This document shows, in pieces, positions 40,408 through 53,560 of a stretch of DNA of 64,000 nucleotides. Position numbers and translations under genes: made by a program. How positions within the stretch are numbered: position 1 is the stretch's first letter; every line of letters begins with the position of its first letter. Location: assembly GCA_013265495.1 (NCBI GenBank), contig MU058065.1, positions 3,451,003 through 3,515,002 on the forward strand, given 5' to 3'. The notes below the pieces were generated by a model. The model saw only the letters and a list, made by a program, of their open reading frames with translations, was not told where the DNA came from and searched no databases. The DNA comes from Vicugna vicugna. Taxonomy: Eukaryota.

Positions 40408-42148
40408 CGGGGCGGCGGGCCTGGTCTCCCGCCTGCACCTCCAGCCCAGAGCGGCCTGAGAGGAGGGGCCCTCTGGCCCGATGCGCTGGAGCTTCTCCGC
40501 CCTCTACTTGCGACCCCAGGACGCGCACCCCCTCATCTCCCGGCCACTTCGGGGCTTCGGTTTTCCGACTCTCTGGCCTTCCACGCCCCCTACTCCGCGC
40601 TGGGCCAGAGGGAAACCGAGGAGGCGGGGGTGCTGGTGGGGATCCCGGTCTCCACGGACTGTGCAAACTCAACTTCCGCTTCATGCACCACCCTCATTCT
40701 CTCCAGAGTGCACAGCTGTCCCTCCCTGGAGTCCGAGGATTTGCAAAGAGCGGAGGAAAGAGGAGTGGGAACCCCGCCGCCCCGCCTGGAAGCTGGTTGT
40801 CTGGCTGCCGTGACTTTGAGTTTCTTTTCAGGGTATAGGTGGGCGCGCGCACTTCTGCAGCAATTGTGGATGGGCATGAATTGTCCAGAGGAAGAATTGA
40901 CATGTAAACAGAGAGAAGGTTTCTCTGCTTCTTAGAGGTCCTGGAGAGCGAGTGAGCCGGAACGCTGAGAATGATGGACATTCCGCGGGGGCACGGCGCC
41001 GGCGTGAGTGGGGCTGCTCAGACCAAACGCCCGCGTCTGTGCGAGATTGGGCAGGTGCGCAGGGCGCGTGCGCGCTGGGATCTGCCTCCCGACTCCTGGC
41101 GGAAGAGAGGTGGTGGCGCGCGCACAGGGCGGTGGGTCCTTTAGCTTGCGGCGGGGCAGAGCCCAAAGTCCCAGCTCCTGGAAGTCTGTGGTTGTTTTAT
41201 TCACATTATTGCTACCTGGAAGTCATTTCATCTTCTGTAACTGGACTCAGGGAGCTTTCAGAGCCCGTTCTCTCTTCTCCTTTCAAAACTGACTGACTGT
41301 TGCCCCCACCTGGAAGATACTGAAAACTATTCAAGCAGAATAGAAACTGTAGGCTTCCCCCACCCCCCGCCTTTTTTCTTAATTTCATTTTAAAAATTAT
41401 TTATTTTCGAATATATAAATCTGGAAATTTTGTGAATTAAAATTTCCAGAAAAGTTGTTTGATAAGCAGTAATATTTCTCCGGTACCTCTAGTCCAAATA
41501 CATTTCAAAATTAGGAGCAGAAAGTAAAGGCGTGTTGGTAATTGAATCAAGATTTTATGCTGTGAATCAACTAATGACTTTCAGTTATCTGATAAAATAG
41601 AAAATACGGCTCACAGACGAAACAAGTCAACTAAGAAGTCTTTCTTCCCTTAATTACAAATACATATTACACTTATCAGAAGAATATTATTTTGAATTTA
41701 GCTGTTTAATATTGTTAGAAATCACTGAAATATTCACATCTGATCCAATTAGATGAAAAAGAATACGTATCTATCCGATTTTGTTGTAACTAAAAAGATG
41801 AGCTGGGAGTGTATGTTCCATTGGGAGTGTTAGATGCTTTTTTTAAAGAAAAAACCCTAAATATTCCAAATGTATTTTATATGAAAACATTCTTTATTCC
41901 ATCTTTTGAAATTTGGAATAAGACAAAGTTTTCATGCCTAAAAACCACAGAAGTTACTAAGGATATGCTGTTATTCCTTGTCTATTTATGCAAGCCGTCT
42001 GCATGATATTCTGACACTGTTCTATTAACTGAACTTGAATGGAACATTTGTATCTATCAGAGAGTGAAGTAATTTATTGGCCATTGATAAGTGGTATGGC
42101 TACAATTTAGTAATTGCAATATGGAGTGTTTTATGTTTGCACTGTCTT

Positions 42149-42154
42149 AATAAA
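42149..42154 (+). terminator. Candidate polyadenylation signal AATAAA for the RING gene
   Basis: AATAAA at the end of a repeat-free AT-rich stretch ~1.75 kb after the stop codon, with U-rich sequence upstream. Confidence 0.45.
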
Positions 42155-43674
42155 AATAAGAAGCGTTTATAGAAAAATTATTTTCGTGAAACTTATGGGG
42201 AAATTGGTCAGTTATTTGCGTGACACTTTTCTTCCTGAAATATACATCCCCATCCAAATGTCTAATTTCACATTTTGAATGGGGCTGAAAGAGAAATATC
42301 TCACATGTGGGAATATATTACTAGTTTGGGCATTTCATGGAATTACTTCTCTCTCAGATTAATGGGACTCCTGAAGGCCAAGTGAGATTCATTGTATTCT
42401 AAGACATACCTATCCACTACTATAACATCCCCTACACTTAAACTCTCTTGTCAAATTTTGTTCTCAGTTTCTGTTTCTGCAAAATGTTTTCAGATTCCTA
42501 ATACTAAGAATCACATTTCAGAGATTGTCTTTAATTTACTTTTACCTCCAACAAGTAACTTGTGTTATTTTTATTTCTGAATTCATTTTTATCTTTTATT
42601 CTTTGTTTACCCCCTGTGCTGAGATCCTGTTAGCATTCACAACTGTTTAGTTGTTTCAGTGCATCTACACATGTGTATGTATTGTGTATGTGTGTATACG
42701 TGCTAGTAACTGAACTTGGTTTTGTGGATGTATCCATATGTACATGTGGGCACACACATGTGTTTGTTATTTCAGTCCCTTAAATTGGCAACCTAGAAGT
42801 ATGTGTAAATTTACTTGGAGGCCAGCTTGCTTCTGATAGAGTTTATGTGCCACAGAGGAAGGTACACCAGTGACATAAACTGACTTATTGCTCATAAATG
42901 AGAAAGAGATCTTTGATTGCCTGAGTCACAATCCCAGCCACATTTTGCTTCTTTCATAAGTTGCACATGTAAATTTCTTGTAACAAAATTTTTTAGTTAG
43001 AATGTTTTAAAATCAAATAGATACAATTAGTAGCTTAGTACCTGAACAAGGAGCGTTTTTTTTTTTCCTTCCCTCACTTTGCTTTATTGCTAATTTCTGA
43101 CTTAACGTATCAGGAATTGAGTGGCAGGATGAGGTGATGGGAAACATTTGTCCCATTGCTAGTGGTTTTCTGGCATTCAGTTCTCCCTCCATTTTGCAGC
43201 TGTGATTTAATCATTCCTGTATATCTCCGAAAGTCCTAGTACACAAGAATCTAAGACAGAACATGAGTCTAGCAGAAATTGTTGAAAGATCAGTGAATTG
43301 TCTGGAGGGTTCCTGTAATGGTAGAGTATTTTTCCCCCTTCTCGTGGAAATTCTTATCTTTTTGGAAGAATGGCTCAATCCTGGACACTCTCTAGCTCAT
43401 GAGTATGAACAACCAGTTAAAAGTCACTGCAAAAATCAGACCTGGTCTGGCACGCACAGCTGCTCAAGAACTCGTGGTTCCTACCGCCCAGGTTCTGCTT
43501 AGGTTCTGAGACTGCTGGTTAGAGTTAAATTTCACGTGAAAGAAGCTTATCTTGTGGGTGATAGGTTACATACTTAGCCAATGAAAGTAATATGTTTTGG
43601 TGAACAGTGTGTACATCCATAAAGAACATTGGTTTGGGTTCTAAAGAGCAATAACCTCACCAACAGATGTGAGT

Positions 43675-44140
43675 CTGAAGACTGGTTCTCTCCTTTCTTG
43701 GAAAGACCTTGGCAAGTCTTTTAAATTCTCTGAGCCTCAGGCTCCTCATCTATAAAATGGAAACAAAAATAATCAGCCCAGCTTTCCTTTTGGGGTTGGC
43801 ATAAGGATTTGTATACAGAAGAGGTTATATGGATGAAAATGCTTTGGAAACAAGCCTTATATGGATCTATAGTTTTATTTTCATGAAAGTTTCCAAGGGT
43901 CTAATATCACCTACCTAGAGAGGTTGGCCCTGACCACTCTATCCACAACATCTATTGAAGTTTTATTTTCTTAACACTTACTACTATCTGCAGTGGTTTT
44001 ATTTATTTGTTATATGCTTTATCTCAACCTCCTTTAATCAGAATGTAAAAACAAGAACAGAACCTTGTCTGGTCACTCTCTCTATCCACAAAGCCTTAGC
44101 CAGTTCTCAACATATGGTAAGTGGCAGATAATCTGTTGAG
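43675..44140 (+). mobile_element. MIR followed by L2 3' fragment
   Basis: ctctgagcctcaggctcctcatctataaaatgg (MIR core); cagaatgtaaaaac...ccttgtctggtcac (L2 tail). Confidence 0.6.
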
Positions 44141-45829
44141 TTGGTTTAATGGGAAACTCTGGACTGAATATTAAGTGACTTGGCTCCCTTTACTCACACT
44201 GCCACTCAATAAATCCAGAAACTCTGGGGAACTTAGGTAAACAATTGCTCTCCCCGACTTCAGAAGGATTCATGAAGGGTGAAAATATATGCCAAATGCA
44301 CCTTGCCAAAAAGCACCTTGAGTTTTGAGAAAATTAGTTCCATCAGAGGGAAACTACACTATAGTCAGTGACAGGAAACACTGGAGAGACTAAAGGATAT
44401 CTGGATTCCATTTCCTGTCATTTTCTGCATGTGAGATTTCAAGTTATGACTCCTTTTGGCTTCCTTCTTTATGAGCCTGTCTGTACTATTCCCTCCAAAG
44501 CTAGCAGCACCTATGCAGGTGGGACAAGTTTACATTGCAGTGAAGTTCCGCCACCACATTAAGATCAAGATCTATTAGGTTTCTCATTGTTTGTTACTCC
44601 CTGTTTTATTAATTCTTCAATCTTTGCCATTTGAAATAAATTGTCCTTCCTGGACTTGCTAAATTTATAATCTCAGTAGCTGAGTAATCCCCCATTATTC
44701 TGTGATCCAGCTCATCCTCTTTAATTATTTAATTCTCATTAGCTAATATTTGTATTTTAAATTTCTGTTATGATATAAAGGTGATTAAGTTCATGTCATG
44801 GACATTGAACTGCATCCCTGTCAAGTATGCAATTTCCCTTTCTTTCTCTGAAATAATACGTTTTTATTGTATATGTTAGTGTGTTTGTTTGAGGAATAAC
44901 TAACATTCATTATTTCTGAACTGTTTCTGAAATGAGTATTAGAAATAACTGTAGCCAGATCTTAGTTCCAAGTTAGGTGTATGAAGAAATTGTGAGAGTT
45001 TATCTGTCTTTTGCTAGATATCTTTTCACCATCCAGTTAAGGAAAGCTTTGTAATATACACTATTAGCGTTGTCTTTCCATAAGTGTATCCAAACTTGTG
45101 GCTTCTGTTCTCTTATGCAAAACTAGAACATGCCAATGAAAGACAAGTTTGTTTCTGTGATAAATTCACTGTCATTCCTGATCATAAAAGACTTTCAGGG
45201 AAGTAAGAGTGTTCAATGTTCAATTTCCAAGAATATTCCTAGGAGCTCAGGAAGAATGTGCACACTTCCTTTAGAAAAGATTGTCTCTGCATGTAAAATT
45301 GGATTATCTTTGGTTTAGAAATACCACATCTCCATGGGGTGGAAGAGAGGAAATGCTGAAGTGGGATGAAAGAGACGGGAAGACATGCAAGAAAGTTCTC
45401 CTAGCTCCTAATATCACAAACACACATCCCAAAATAAATGAGAGAGAAAGTGTTTACTTACAGAATAGAACACTTTTATTTCAATATTTATTATTCCAAG
45501 AACCATGGTAATACTTGAGTGGCTCAGCTATCTCTCACCACAATGACAGAGTACCCTCCATCATATGGAAATGATTCATTGATAGGATTTATATGTCTAC
45601 TGTGTGTGCATTTAAAAATAGTCTTTGGTCAAACATGAGAAGTAGGGGGCAATTGCATCTGACTTGCAGTTTTGGGGAAGGATTAATTCCAAGTGAGAAG
45701 TAGACAGTTTTTGCTTAGAAGAAAATTTGGGACTGAACTCTGCAAGTAAAAGTTTTGGCTCTAGAGCCCACTTCTTATTAAATTCACACACAGCAAACTT
45801 ACTTCCTGATTGGAGCCTTAGCTCAGCTC

Positions 45830-46020
45830 TGGCCGCAGGTTAGAATTACCTGGAGGGCTTAAGGAAATAAGAAAAATGCAGAAGCACCTGTCCCACCCCC
45901 AGAGACAAGCATTTAATTGGTCTGGGAGTGGGGGTGAGGTGGGGTGGAAGGCGAGGCACATTGGTATTTTTTAAAGGTGCCCCAGGTGATTCTACTGTGC
46001 AGCAAGATTTTAAAGCCATT
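45830..46020. mobile_element. MER5-like hAT MITE
   Basis: ttagaattacctggagggctt...tttaattggtctggg...ccccaggtgattctactgtgcagc. Confidence 0.65.
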
Positions 46021-46099
46021 ATTATATTTCAGAACATTTTCATTGAAATATGATGCTCTCCCTAGCCTCACTTTAATGAACTAAACGCTGCCATGTTTC

Positions 46100-47950
46100 T
46101 TAGAAACTGAGAAACTGAGAGATCGCGGAGCAGCGCTTGGATTTTTTAAGTGACCATACTTTGGGTAACTAATCGTTGCTCTGGTCTCTGACTTTCTCTC
46201 TCTCTCTCTTAAACACGCACACGCGCGCACATAGGAGTCACACTCCTGTTGACTTCGCATTCTAGGAAAGTTAAGTAAATATTTTCATCCCCGTTTGGAG
46301 CGCTGTGATTTTTCCCAACGAGGCCAGGGTGGCGTCTGCACCTCCCCGCATTACCGGGCTTTTCCGTGGGCTCTCCTTCGCCCCTCAAAATAGGTGTGTA
46401 CTTTCCAAATCCCGTGAGTCATCAAAATTCAGTGACAATGTGGGGATTTGAAGGCTGGTTGTGTGAATAATCAGGAAAGTCTCGAGGTTAAATGAGCAAA
46501 ACCTCGCCATTTGACAGCTGTGGGTGTCCTCGCCCGTGGCAGCTGAGAGCGAAGCTGCTGACCGCCAGCAGGTGTGGACGTGCGAGAGGATCCAGCGCAG
46601 AGTCGTGTTTAAAATACTCGCCGGGAGAGTTACTCAATTCCTTTAAAAGACCCTTCCGAGTAGCCGTTCTGCGTGCAAATTAATTCCTCACTCTCGGATC
46701 CAGGTGTAAAGGGATTTGCCCAGAGACCCGGCGACCGGTGGGCGGCGGGAGGCGGGAGATTACCTCGGTTTCTCTCCATCTCGGAGCGGACGCCCGCGGC
46801 AGCTCCTGGCCGATCCCAAGGACTCTACCGGGAAGAGCAGGGGCGCGCGGGGCGTCGAGGCTGCCCCTGCCCACTTCGTGGGGACCTCTGGGGGCAGCCA
46901 CAGAGGCAGGTTCTCCGGGCGGATCCCGGGCGGGTGGGGTGGAATCGGGGTCCTGGGGCCCGCCTGTGCCCGCATCCCCACAGTCTCCTGAGTTGGAGAG
47001 AACTCGAGGCTGCCTGGAGCGACAGGCTGGTCCCCGCACAACTGGGCCAACGACAACGACTCGAGCGTGTCCCCTTCGCAGCCCCCGGCCCCCGCGCCCA
47101 CCCCCCCCACCCCGTGACTTGCGATCCGGAAGGGCAGGAGCGGGCCGGGGAGAAATGGAAGGACGCTGTCACCAGTCCACTCGTCCTGCGCAGGGGGAAT
47201 CAGCTGGCAAGGCATCTTGTCAACTCAGCCACTCAGCATCCCCGCCTAGCTTGTTTTGTCTGTTTATTTGTTTTGTCTTTGAATAGAAACTGGCCTTAAG
47301 CCCTGACCGTCCGGATTTTGTGACGCCCCGATTGCAGGGTCTGAAAGGTAGTTACTACGATTCGACTGTGTAGTTACCATCTCTGGATCCGCGGGCCCCT
47401 CCCAGCGCCCGCCCCAGATCTCCACTTCCGACATACGTTTTTAAAAATAGCAGAGCAGTCCCAAATACACAGATTAAGAAGAAAGAGACACCGAGGGCGG
47501 TGGCTGCGGAGCGCGGAGCGGCTTGTGCGTCTTTCATTTGTCCGCTGCTTTCGGCCCCCAGCTCGAGTTCTCCGCGAGTCTCAGCCTCGCGGGGCTCCGA
47601 AAACCCGCCCCCCTCGCCCGCTGGGTCCCCCCTTTACCCCACATCTTTCTAAGATGCAAAGGAGGTCCTGACAAACCCTCCCAGTGTCCGGGGGCGAGTC
47701 AGCGGGACGTGGACAAGAAGGGATGGGCTCTTGAAAATGCCTTGGGCGTCTTCGGGTTTCCTTTTGGAAATTCTTCGCAGTTCTCCTCAGGGGCGGCGCC
47801 GGCATCCCGCTCCAGCCCCTCCACCACCAAGAGGTGGTCCTGAAGAAGGCTAGGTTCGCCACTCTCCTGGGCACCTAGAGGGACTTCGAGAAGCGACACG
47901 TTCCAAATATAGCGTTGATCCGCAAGATTTGGATTCTTCCTGCAAACATT
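46100..47950. promoter_or_regulatory. Orphan CpG island
   Basis: High CpG density with no credible ORF. Confidence 0.75.
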
Positions 47951-50900
47951 CACCAGCTGCCTGCCACGTGTTCTGGCAGAATTAGAGGCGGAGGGATAAA
48001 GCTAACGTGCCTCAGGTTTTTCTGTGCGTAGAAATACAGGCCAACAAACTCCCCCTTGCAGAACGAAAAAGGGTGGTTTAAAATAAGCAAAAATTTTAAA
48101 GTAGGTTTATATAACTGGATGTGTTTTAAAGGGGAACTGAAATGGAATAAACTCCCCAATAATTTTCAATCGAGGTAAGATAGTTCAGTGCCTTCCAGAG
48201 GCATTAAAAGTAAATTTCGTTGAAATTTATTTACAACCAGTACAAGGCAAACAATGAGAGTTAAAGTATGTAACCAGCTCTGAGGTGTCATTTCTCTGGG
48301 GTCTGATGCGAGTGTTGAGAAACCTGTAGGGCTTTCTAACTGAACAGGCATAGCAGGACCACATTGTCTGGGGTTTAAATCCTAGTTTTGCTGCTTCCTA
48401 GCTGTGTGACCTAGAGCAAGTTAAGTAATCTCTCTGGTCCTTTTTTTTTTTCATTTTAACTGGTAAAATCTAGTTGTTTTAAGCAGTAAGTAAATCAGAC
48501 TTTGCAAAGAGCTGAGAATTATGCCAGTACTTATGAAGTCTTCGATAAATATATGCTATTATTCTTACATAATATATTACTGTTATATATATATAAATGA
48601 TAATGCACCAGTATCATCAAGTGCTGTCATCACCACATAGCCAAGTTCCCCAGTTCTCCCCAAATAGCTTTTTCAAGATGGGGAAACCAAGCTGCTAGAC
48701 CAAGGAGCACCAGGCCTTCTGAGCACTCATGCTGCCAAACCCCGGACACTGGGCGTGTTTTCAGAGAAGTCTCCTGGACTGTGTAGTCTGACTCCTGGGA
48801 GGGAGGCTGGGACAGGTGATGGAGAGAGAGCTTAGCAGCCTGTGGTGGTGGGGAGAGAATGGTGGCATCAAGAAAACCTGGTCTCCCCACCTTAGCACTT
48901 AGAAAATTGGTACCTTAAAAGAGTTTGTTCCAAGTGTTGGTTTTATCCATCCCTTCTCCCATCATCCTGCACTTCTGTAATGCATGAGCTGACAAAGTCC
49001 ATCTTCTATTTCACTTTATTTTTAACATAAATAAACGTTAAAACCTTGGGAGTAAGCTAAATGTCTTATTCTTAAGTCAATACTAAGTAAGGATGTATGG
49101 GATGTGTCTGGCACAGAGTAGAATCATAACGATTTTATTTTTCTTCCGAAAGTCCTTTTCTTCCTTTCAACCCCCTGTATCCTGCTATCCCCAATCTACA
49201 AGTATCTCCCTCATGACCACATCTTCTGGAACAATGAAATGGGGATTCAGATCACTTCTCCCAGGACAAACGTGTCCTGCAAATCAGAAAGAGTTATTCC
49301 TTGCTGTCTACTGTGAACCCACCTTGACTAACATCAGTTAGGATGCTTTTTATCAGAAATACTTAGTCATAGTGTTTCTTCAGTGCTTTGCTATTCTCTC
49401 TCCCCCTCCCTTTTTTAGTCTTAAAGCAATCCTTCTTCTAGAAAGGATTTTCTCTTTCTTTTCTCTCTCTCTCTCTCCTTCTCTCACTCTCTCTTTTCTG
49501 TCTCTGAAACCTTCAATATTCATTACACTTTCCTGCTTTTTGAGTTCGGAAATCTTGTTTGATTTCTCCTGCTCAGAGTTTCTCCTTCACAGAGTTTCCA
49601 GTGCCCTAGGACCTAGCTCCTGCTCTCCTGGTCCTCCTCCCCAGGGAGACCACACCATTTGCTCTTCTGAAGCTGGGGCTTCCTCTCCATTCGAGGAATA
49701 GAGTGCATGCCTCCTCCCCAGCTTGAAAAATGCGATCTTGTTCTGAGAGACCAGTGATTATCATCTCTATTACAGGAATGACTTAGAATCTCATTGTGAC
49801 AGGACAGCAAGGGCTTTCTGAGAACCTCCTCAGATTGCTTTGGAGATAGAAAACTTAGGTCTGAGATGCTATAGGGATTCCCTTTCCACGTGGGCCTTCT
49901 TACCTCTGCTGCCGGGATACAATATTTGTTTTTTTCTCCCCTGCTACGTAGCTCTAAACTCTAGTGGATTTTGCTTTATCAGTAGTTTTTCTGACAAGTA
50001 AGAGCTGCGCCCTTTTGACTAAGCAGTATTTCTGCATATTGTTCTGAGAAAGCCACGGCCTCCTTTCAAGCCCCCACTGCAGGGCTACGTGTTATTGCCT
50101 CCACCCCATAGGCTGGGTCCCTTGATCCCAAACCTTCACAGGGAAAGATGTTTTCAAAGCCTTCATATTAATAATTTGTGAAGCCTTGTGAAGACCTTCT
50201 CTCCTGAATGGCCCTGCTGTTTTCTTTCCCATTTACCTCTCTGGGGAATAATGACTGGTTCTCTAAGGTCTTGGGTTTCTCTTAGAGGAGTCCTTCGTCT
50301 CCCCCTCCTCTCAGAGTGGTGGCAGCTGCTGGGAATCACTCACGAGAGACAAGCATACCTGCCCCCACTGCCCAGGTCATTTTCAGTCTGTTCAATACTT
50401 CCCTTGTCTGGAGGGAACTTTCTCCCATTTGCGGAATGGGAATGACAGGTCCAGGTGACTGTGGGTCCTGGACACCAAGAAGTTGGACCTTCATTTTCTT
50501 TCCAATAAAAATGCAATTTGCAGGCAATGGCACTGAAGGGCAGATGCCCAAGCCCATGCTGGATTTTTGAGCCACAGACACAAGAAAGGAGGAGGCAGGG
50601 AAGTCTCAACCTCCTGACCTCCAACAGGGACATCTACCTTTCTTGCAGAGGTGGGAAGAGGGGTGACTTCAAGGAAGCCTCTGTCTGCTGGTGGGAAGAT
50701 TCAGCCCCATTGCAACCCTTAAGGTAGAAAGAGGACAATGGGAACATCTAGAGGAATTTTGAGCCCCAAAGGGATCCAACAGCTGCCTCTTTCCAGGTTT
50801 CCAGAGCACATCTGGAGGTTTGGCTGCCCAGGCCCTGCCTTGAGTTCACTCCACTAGCAGCAGTAACTCATTTAAGATGATGTCCATCTATGCAGTTCCT

Positions 50901-51559
50901 TCCCTCTCCCTTCACCCTCTTCCTTCCTTCAGCAGCCACTCCCTCCTGCCAGCCCTTCTCTGCAGTAGCTTACCTCTGCTGAGCCTGTCCAGACTCTCTC
51001 TGCTGAAACAACAACACCCCCACTCTGCCCAGCATTGCATCTGCCCTTCCCCTCAAGCCCTTCGATCTTCTCCAGGGCTGTTTCATCCTTACAAGCAATC
51101 TCTTCACAGGTTACATTGATATTCTTTTTGGTTATTTTCTGAAATGTCAGCTCTGCCAGAATGAGGACTTTGTTTCCATCACTAGGGTAGACCTAGCCCT
51201 TGGAACAGCATATAGTAGAAGCTCAATAAGTGTGTGTGGAATGAATGTGGAGCTCTGTGTGCCAGCTCTGGGACAGGCTCTGGGGACACAGCGGGAAGGC
51301 AGGCTGACCATTCAGTGGGGGAGGCAGTGGTAGAGTAGGATAATCAAAATTGCCCCAGGATAAGGCTTCAAAGACTAGGTTTGCAAGTATCTCAGGCCCT
51401 GGGGGTAACCAATGAGTTAAGGAGTCTGAGCATTTAATGAGAATTTTCGGAGGGGAGAATGAATGTTGAGTGTTGGACACGGAGTGTGCCCAGCCTCTGC
51501 ATGGAGGAAGCAGGAAAGGGGGCGATGCTCCAGGTTCTGTGAAAGCCAGGAGGATAGTG

Positions 51560-53560
51560 CTAACTGGCCACTGCTTTCCACACCTCTTGACTCTGCCAGC
51601 GCGCCCTAGAGCAGGACAGCAGATCGGGCTTCTCCTCGGCCATCCGGTCCGCAGGTCTGTAGCCCAGGGCTGGACAGCTCCAGGTACCGCGCTCAGGAGA
51701 GAAGCTCAGGTGGCACAGTGAGACTTCTCGTCTCCTGGGAAGGCTTGGAAAAGCCCGCCGGCCAAGAACTCCCAATCATGCAAGGGCGGGCAGACCAGTC
51801 CTTTGGGGCAGAATCGGCTGATGCCAGGCTTGAGGTTGCAAAACCAAGGGAGGCAACTAGAGGTTCATCTTGTGTCCCTCGGGTTTGGATCCTCGCCGTC
51901 CCAGCCCAGGAAGAGGGTTTGCTCAATACACACTTCAGCCGCTATGGCCTCGGAGATAATTGCCTTGTTAGGGCTTCTTAAGGCAGAATCTCTTTAAGGG
52001 GCTCGAGTGGAAGAATCTGAGACCCGATGATCCAGGTTCAAGGTGCAGAGAGGACAGAATCCGCTAGGATGGCGATGGAGAGGTGAGGTGTTAGAGGGGC
52101 TCAGGCCCAGACCAATCCTGGCCAGGCTGAAAGGGGTGGTTGCACCGACACCCTACCCCAGGACGCTTTACAGAGTGAGCCCAAGGGCCCCTGCCCTCAG
52201 CGGACAGGGTGCAGCGGGGCTGCAGGGAAGGAACATGAATGGGGCGACCCCCATCTTCAGCCAGCTTTCCCACACAGGACCCAGAGGCTTGGCGCTTTCC
52301 TGGATTTCTCTGCCAACAGCTGGAGCCCCTCAACCCCCACCCACTCCGGCGCGTTGCAGGCGTTCTCTAGCACCCTCCAGCGCCCGGGAGGAGCTGGCCT
52401 CCAGGACGGCTTCTAAGGTCTTCCCCGCCCCCAGGGCAGCTTCTGGGAAGCGGGGGAGAGGTGCGGGGGGCCTGAGATTTCTGCTCTCCATTACGGTCGC
52501 CTAGCCCCAGGAGTAAACTGATCCCCCCACCGCAGGACCGCAGCTCAGCTCGGAATTGGGGTGCGCACAATTTTTGTGCGGCTCCTTCTGGGAGCATCTG
52601 AGGGAAGAGGAAGGTGGGGACCTGTGTGGGCCCGGTGGGGGACTGGAGGTGGGGAGGGCGAGGAAACAGGCCGTGAGGGGTGTTCACACGAGTCTGCGTT
52701 TCTGTGTGGGTGAACGGGCGGGTGCCCAGATGGGGGAGGTACGTGAGTAGGAGGGCATCCGGGCTCCGTCGGGTCTCCGGGAACCGTCGCGACAGCGCGC
52801 AGCAGGCTCTGGACTCGGGGAAAGGCCCGGCGTGGCTCCGAGGGCCGCGTATTCTCTGGCCGCGACTGCAGCACCAGCCCGGAAAGGTGGACGTGATGCG
52901 GGCAACGCCGGCCTCTCGGCTCCTTCTCCAACGGCGCTCTGCGAGGGGATTAGGCGCCTCCTGTACTTTCGCTTTGGGCCTGATTGATGCGAACTGCGCA
53001 CCCAGGGCTGCGTAATTAATAAAGATTACGTCCGTTTTGTCGAAATGTCCCTCTTAACGCATGAAGAGGAGGGAGCAAGGGGTGATTTATTTGCATTTGG
53101 AAAATTCCCTCGGCGGCACGGGCTTTGCGGTGGAGGCGGCCCCTGGGACCCAGGACTAATTGGCCACCACAAACTGAGTCGTTCTCCTCTCGGGTCCAAG
53201 TGTTCCCCATCGTCTTCCTCTGGCCTCGCTGTCTCGGGGGACTACTCTCTGGGACTGAACACCCTCCTCCCCCACCCCTGCAGTCAGTCTAGCTCTGGGT
53301 GGCCGTCCCTTCCTTCAAAGCATGTTGCAGGACCTGGCGGGCACTCCCCTTTCTTGCTCATCCCCTCCTCCTCCCCGCTGCGTCTCCTCACCGCTCCCCC
53401 ATCCCGTCCAGAGGGGACCTCCGGGAGCCGGGATCACCGACCCTTGGACTCGGCCGGGGCTTCCATCGGTGCTTTCCGGAAGGGAGCTCCGAGAAGGAAA
53501 GACGCGCTAACTCCGCGTTCCTAAGGCCAGGGGCGCGCTGGAAACGCTGGGAACCCATCC
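51560..53560. promoter_or_regulatory. CpG island upstream of PAX3
   Basis: High CpG density; contains homeodomain/POU motifs at 52981-53096. Confidence 0.7.

Noticed and set aside
46673..47299. 208-aa and 182-aa ORFs in the orphan CpG island
   Set aside because: Non-ATG starts, no recognisable domain, and ORFs open in most frames because of GC content.
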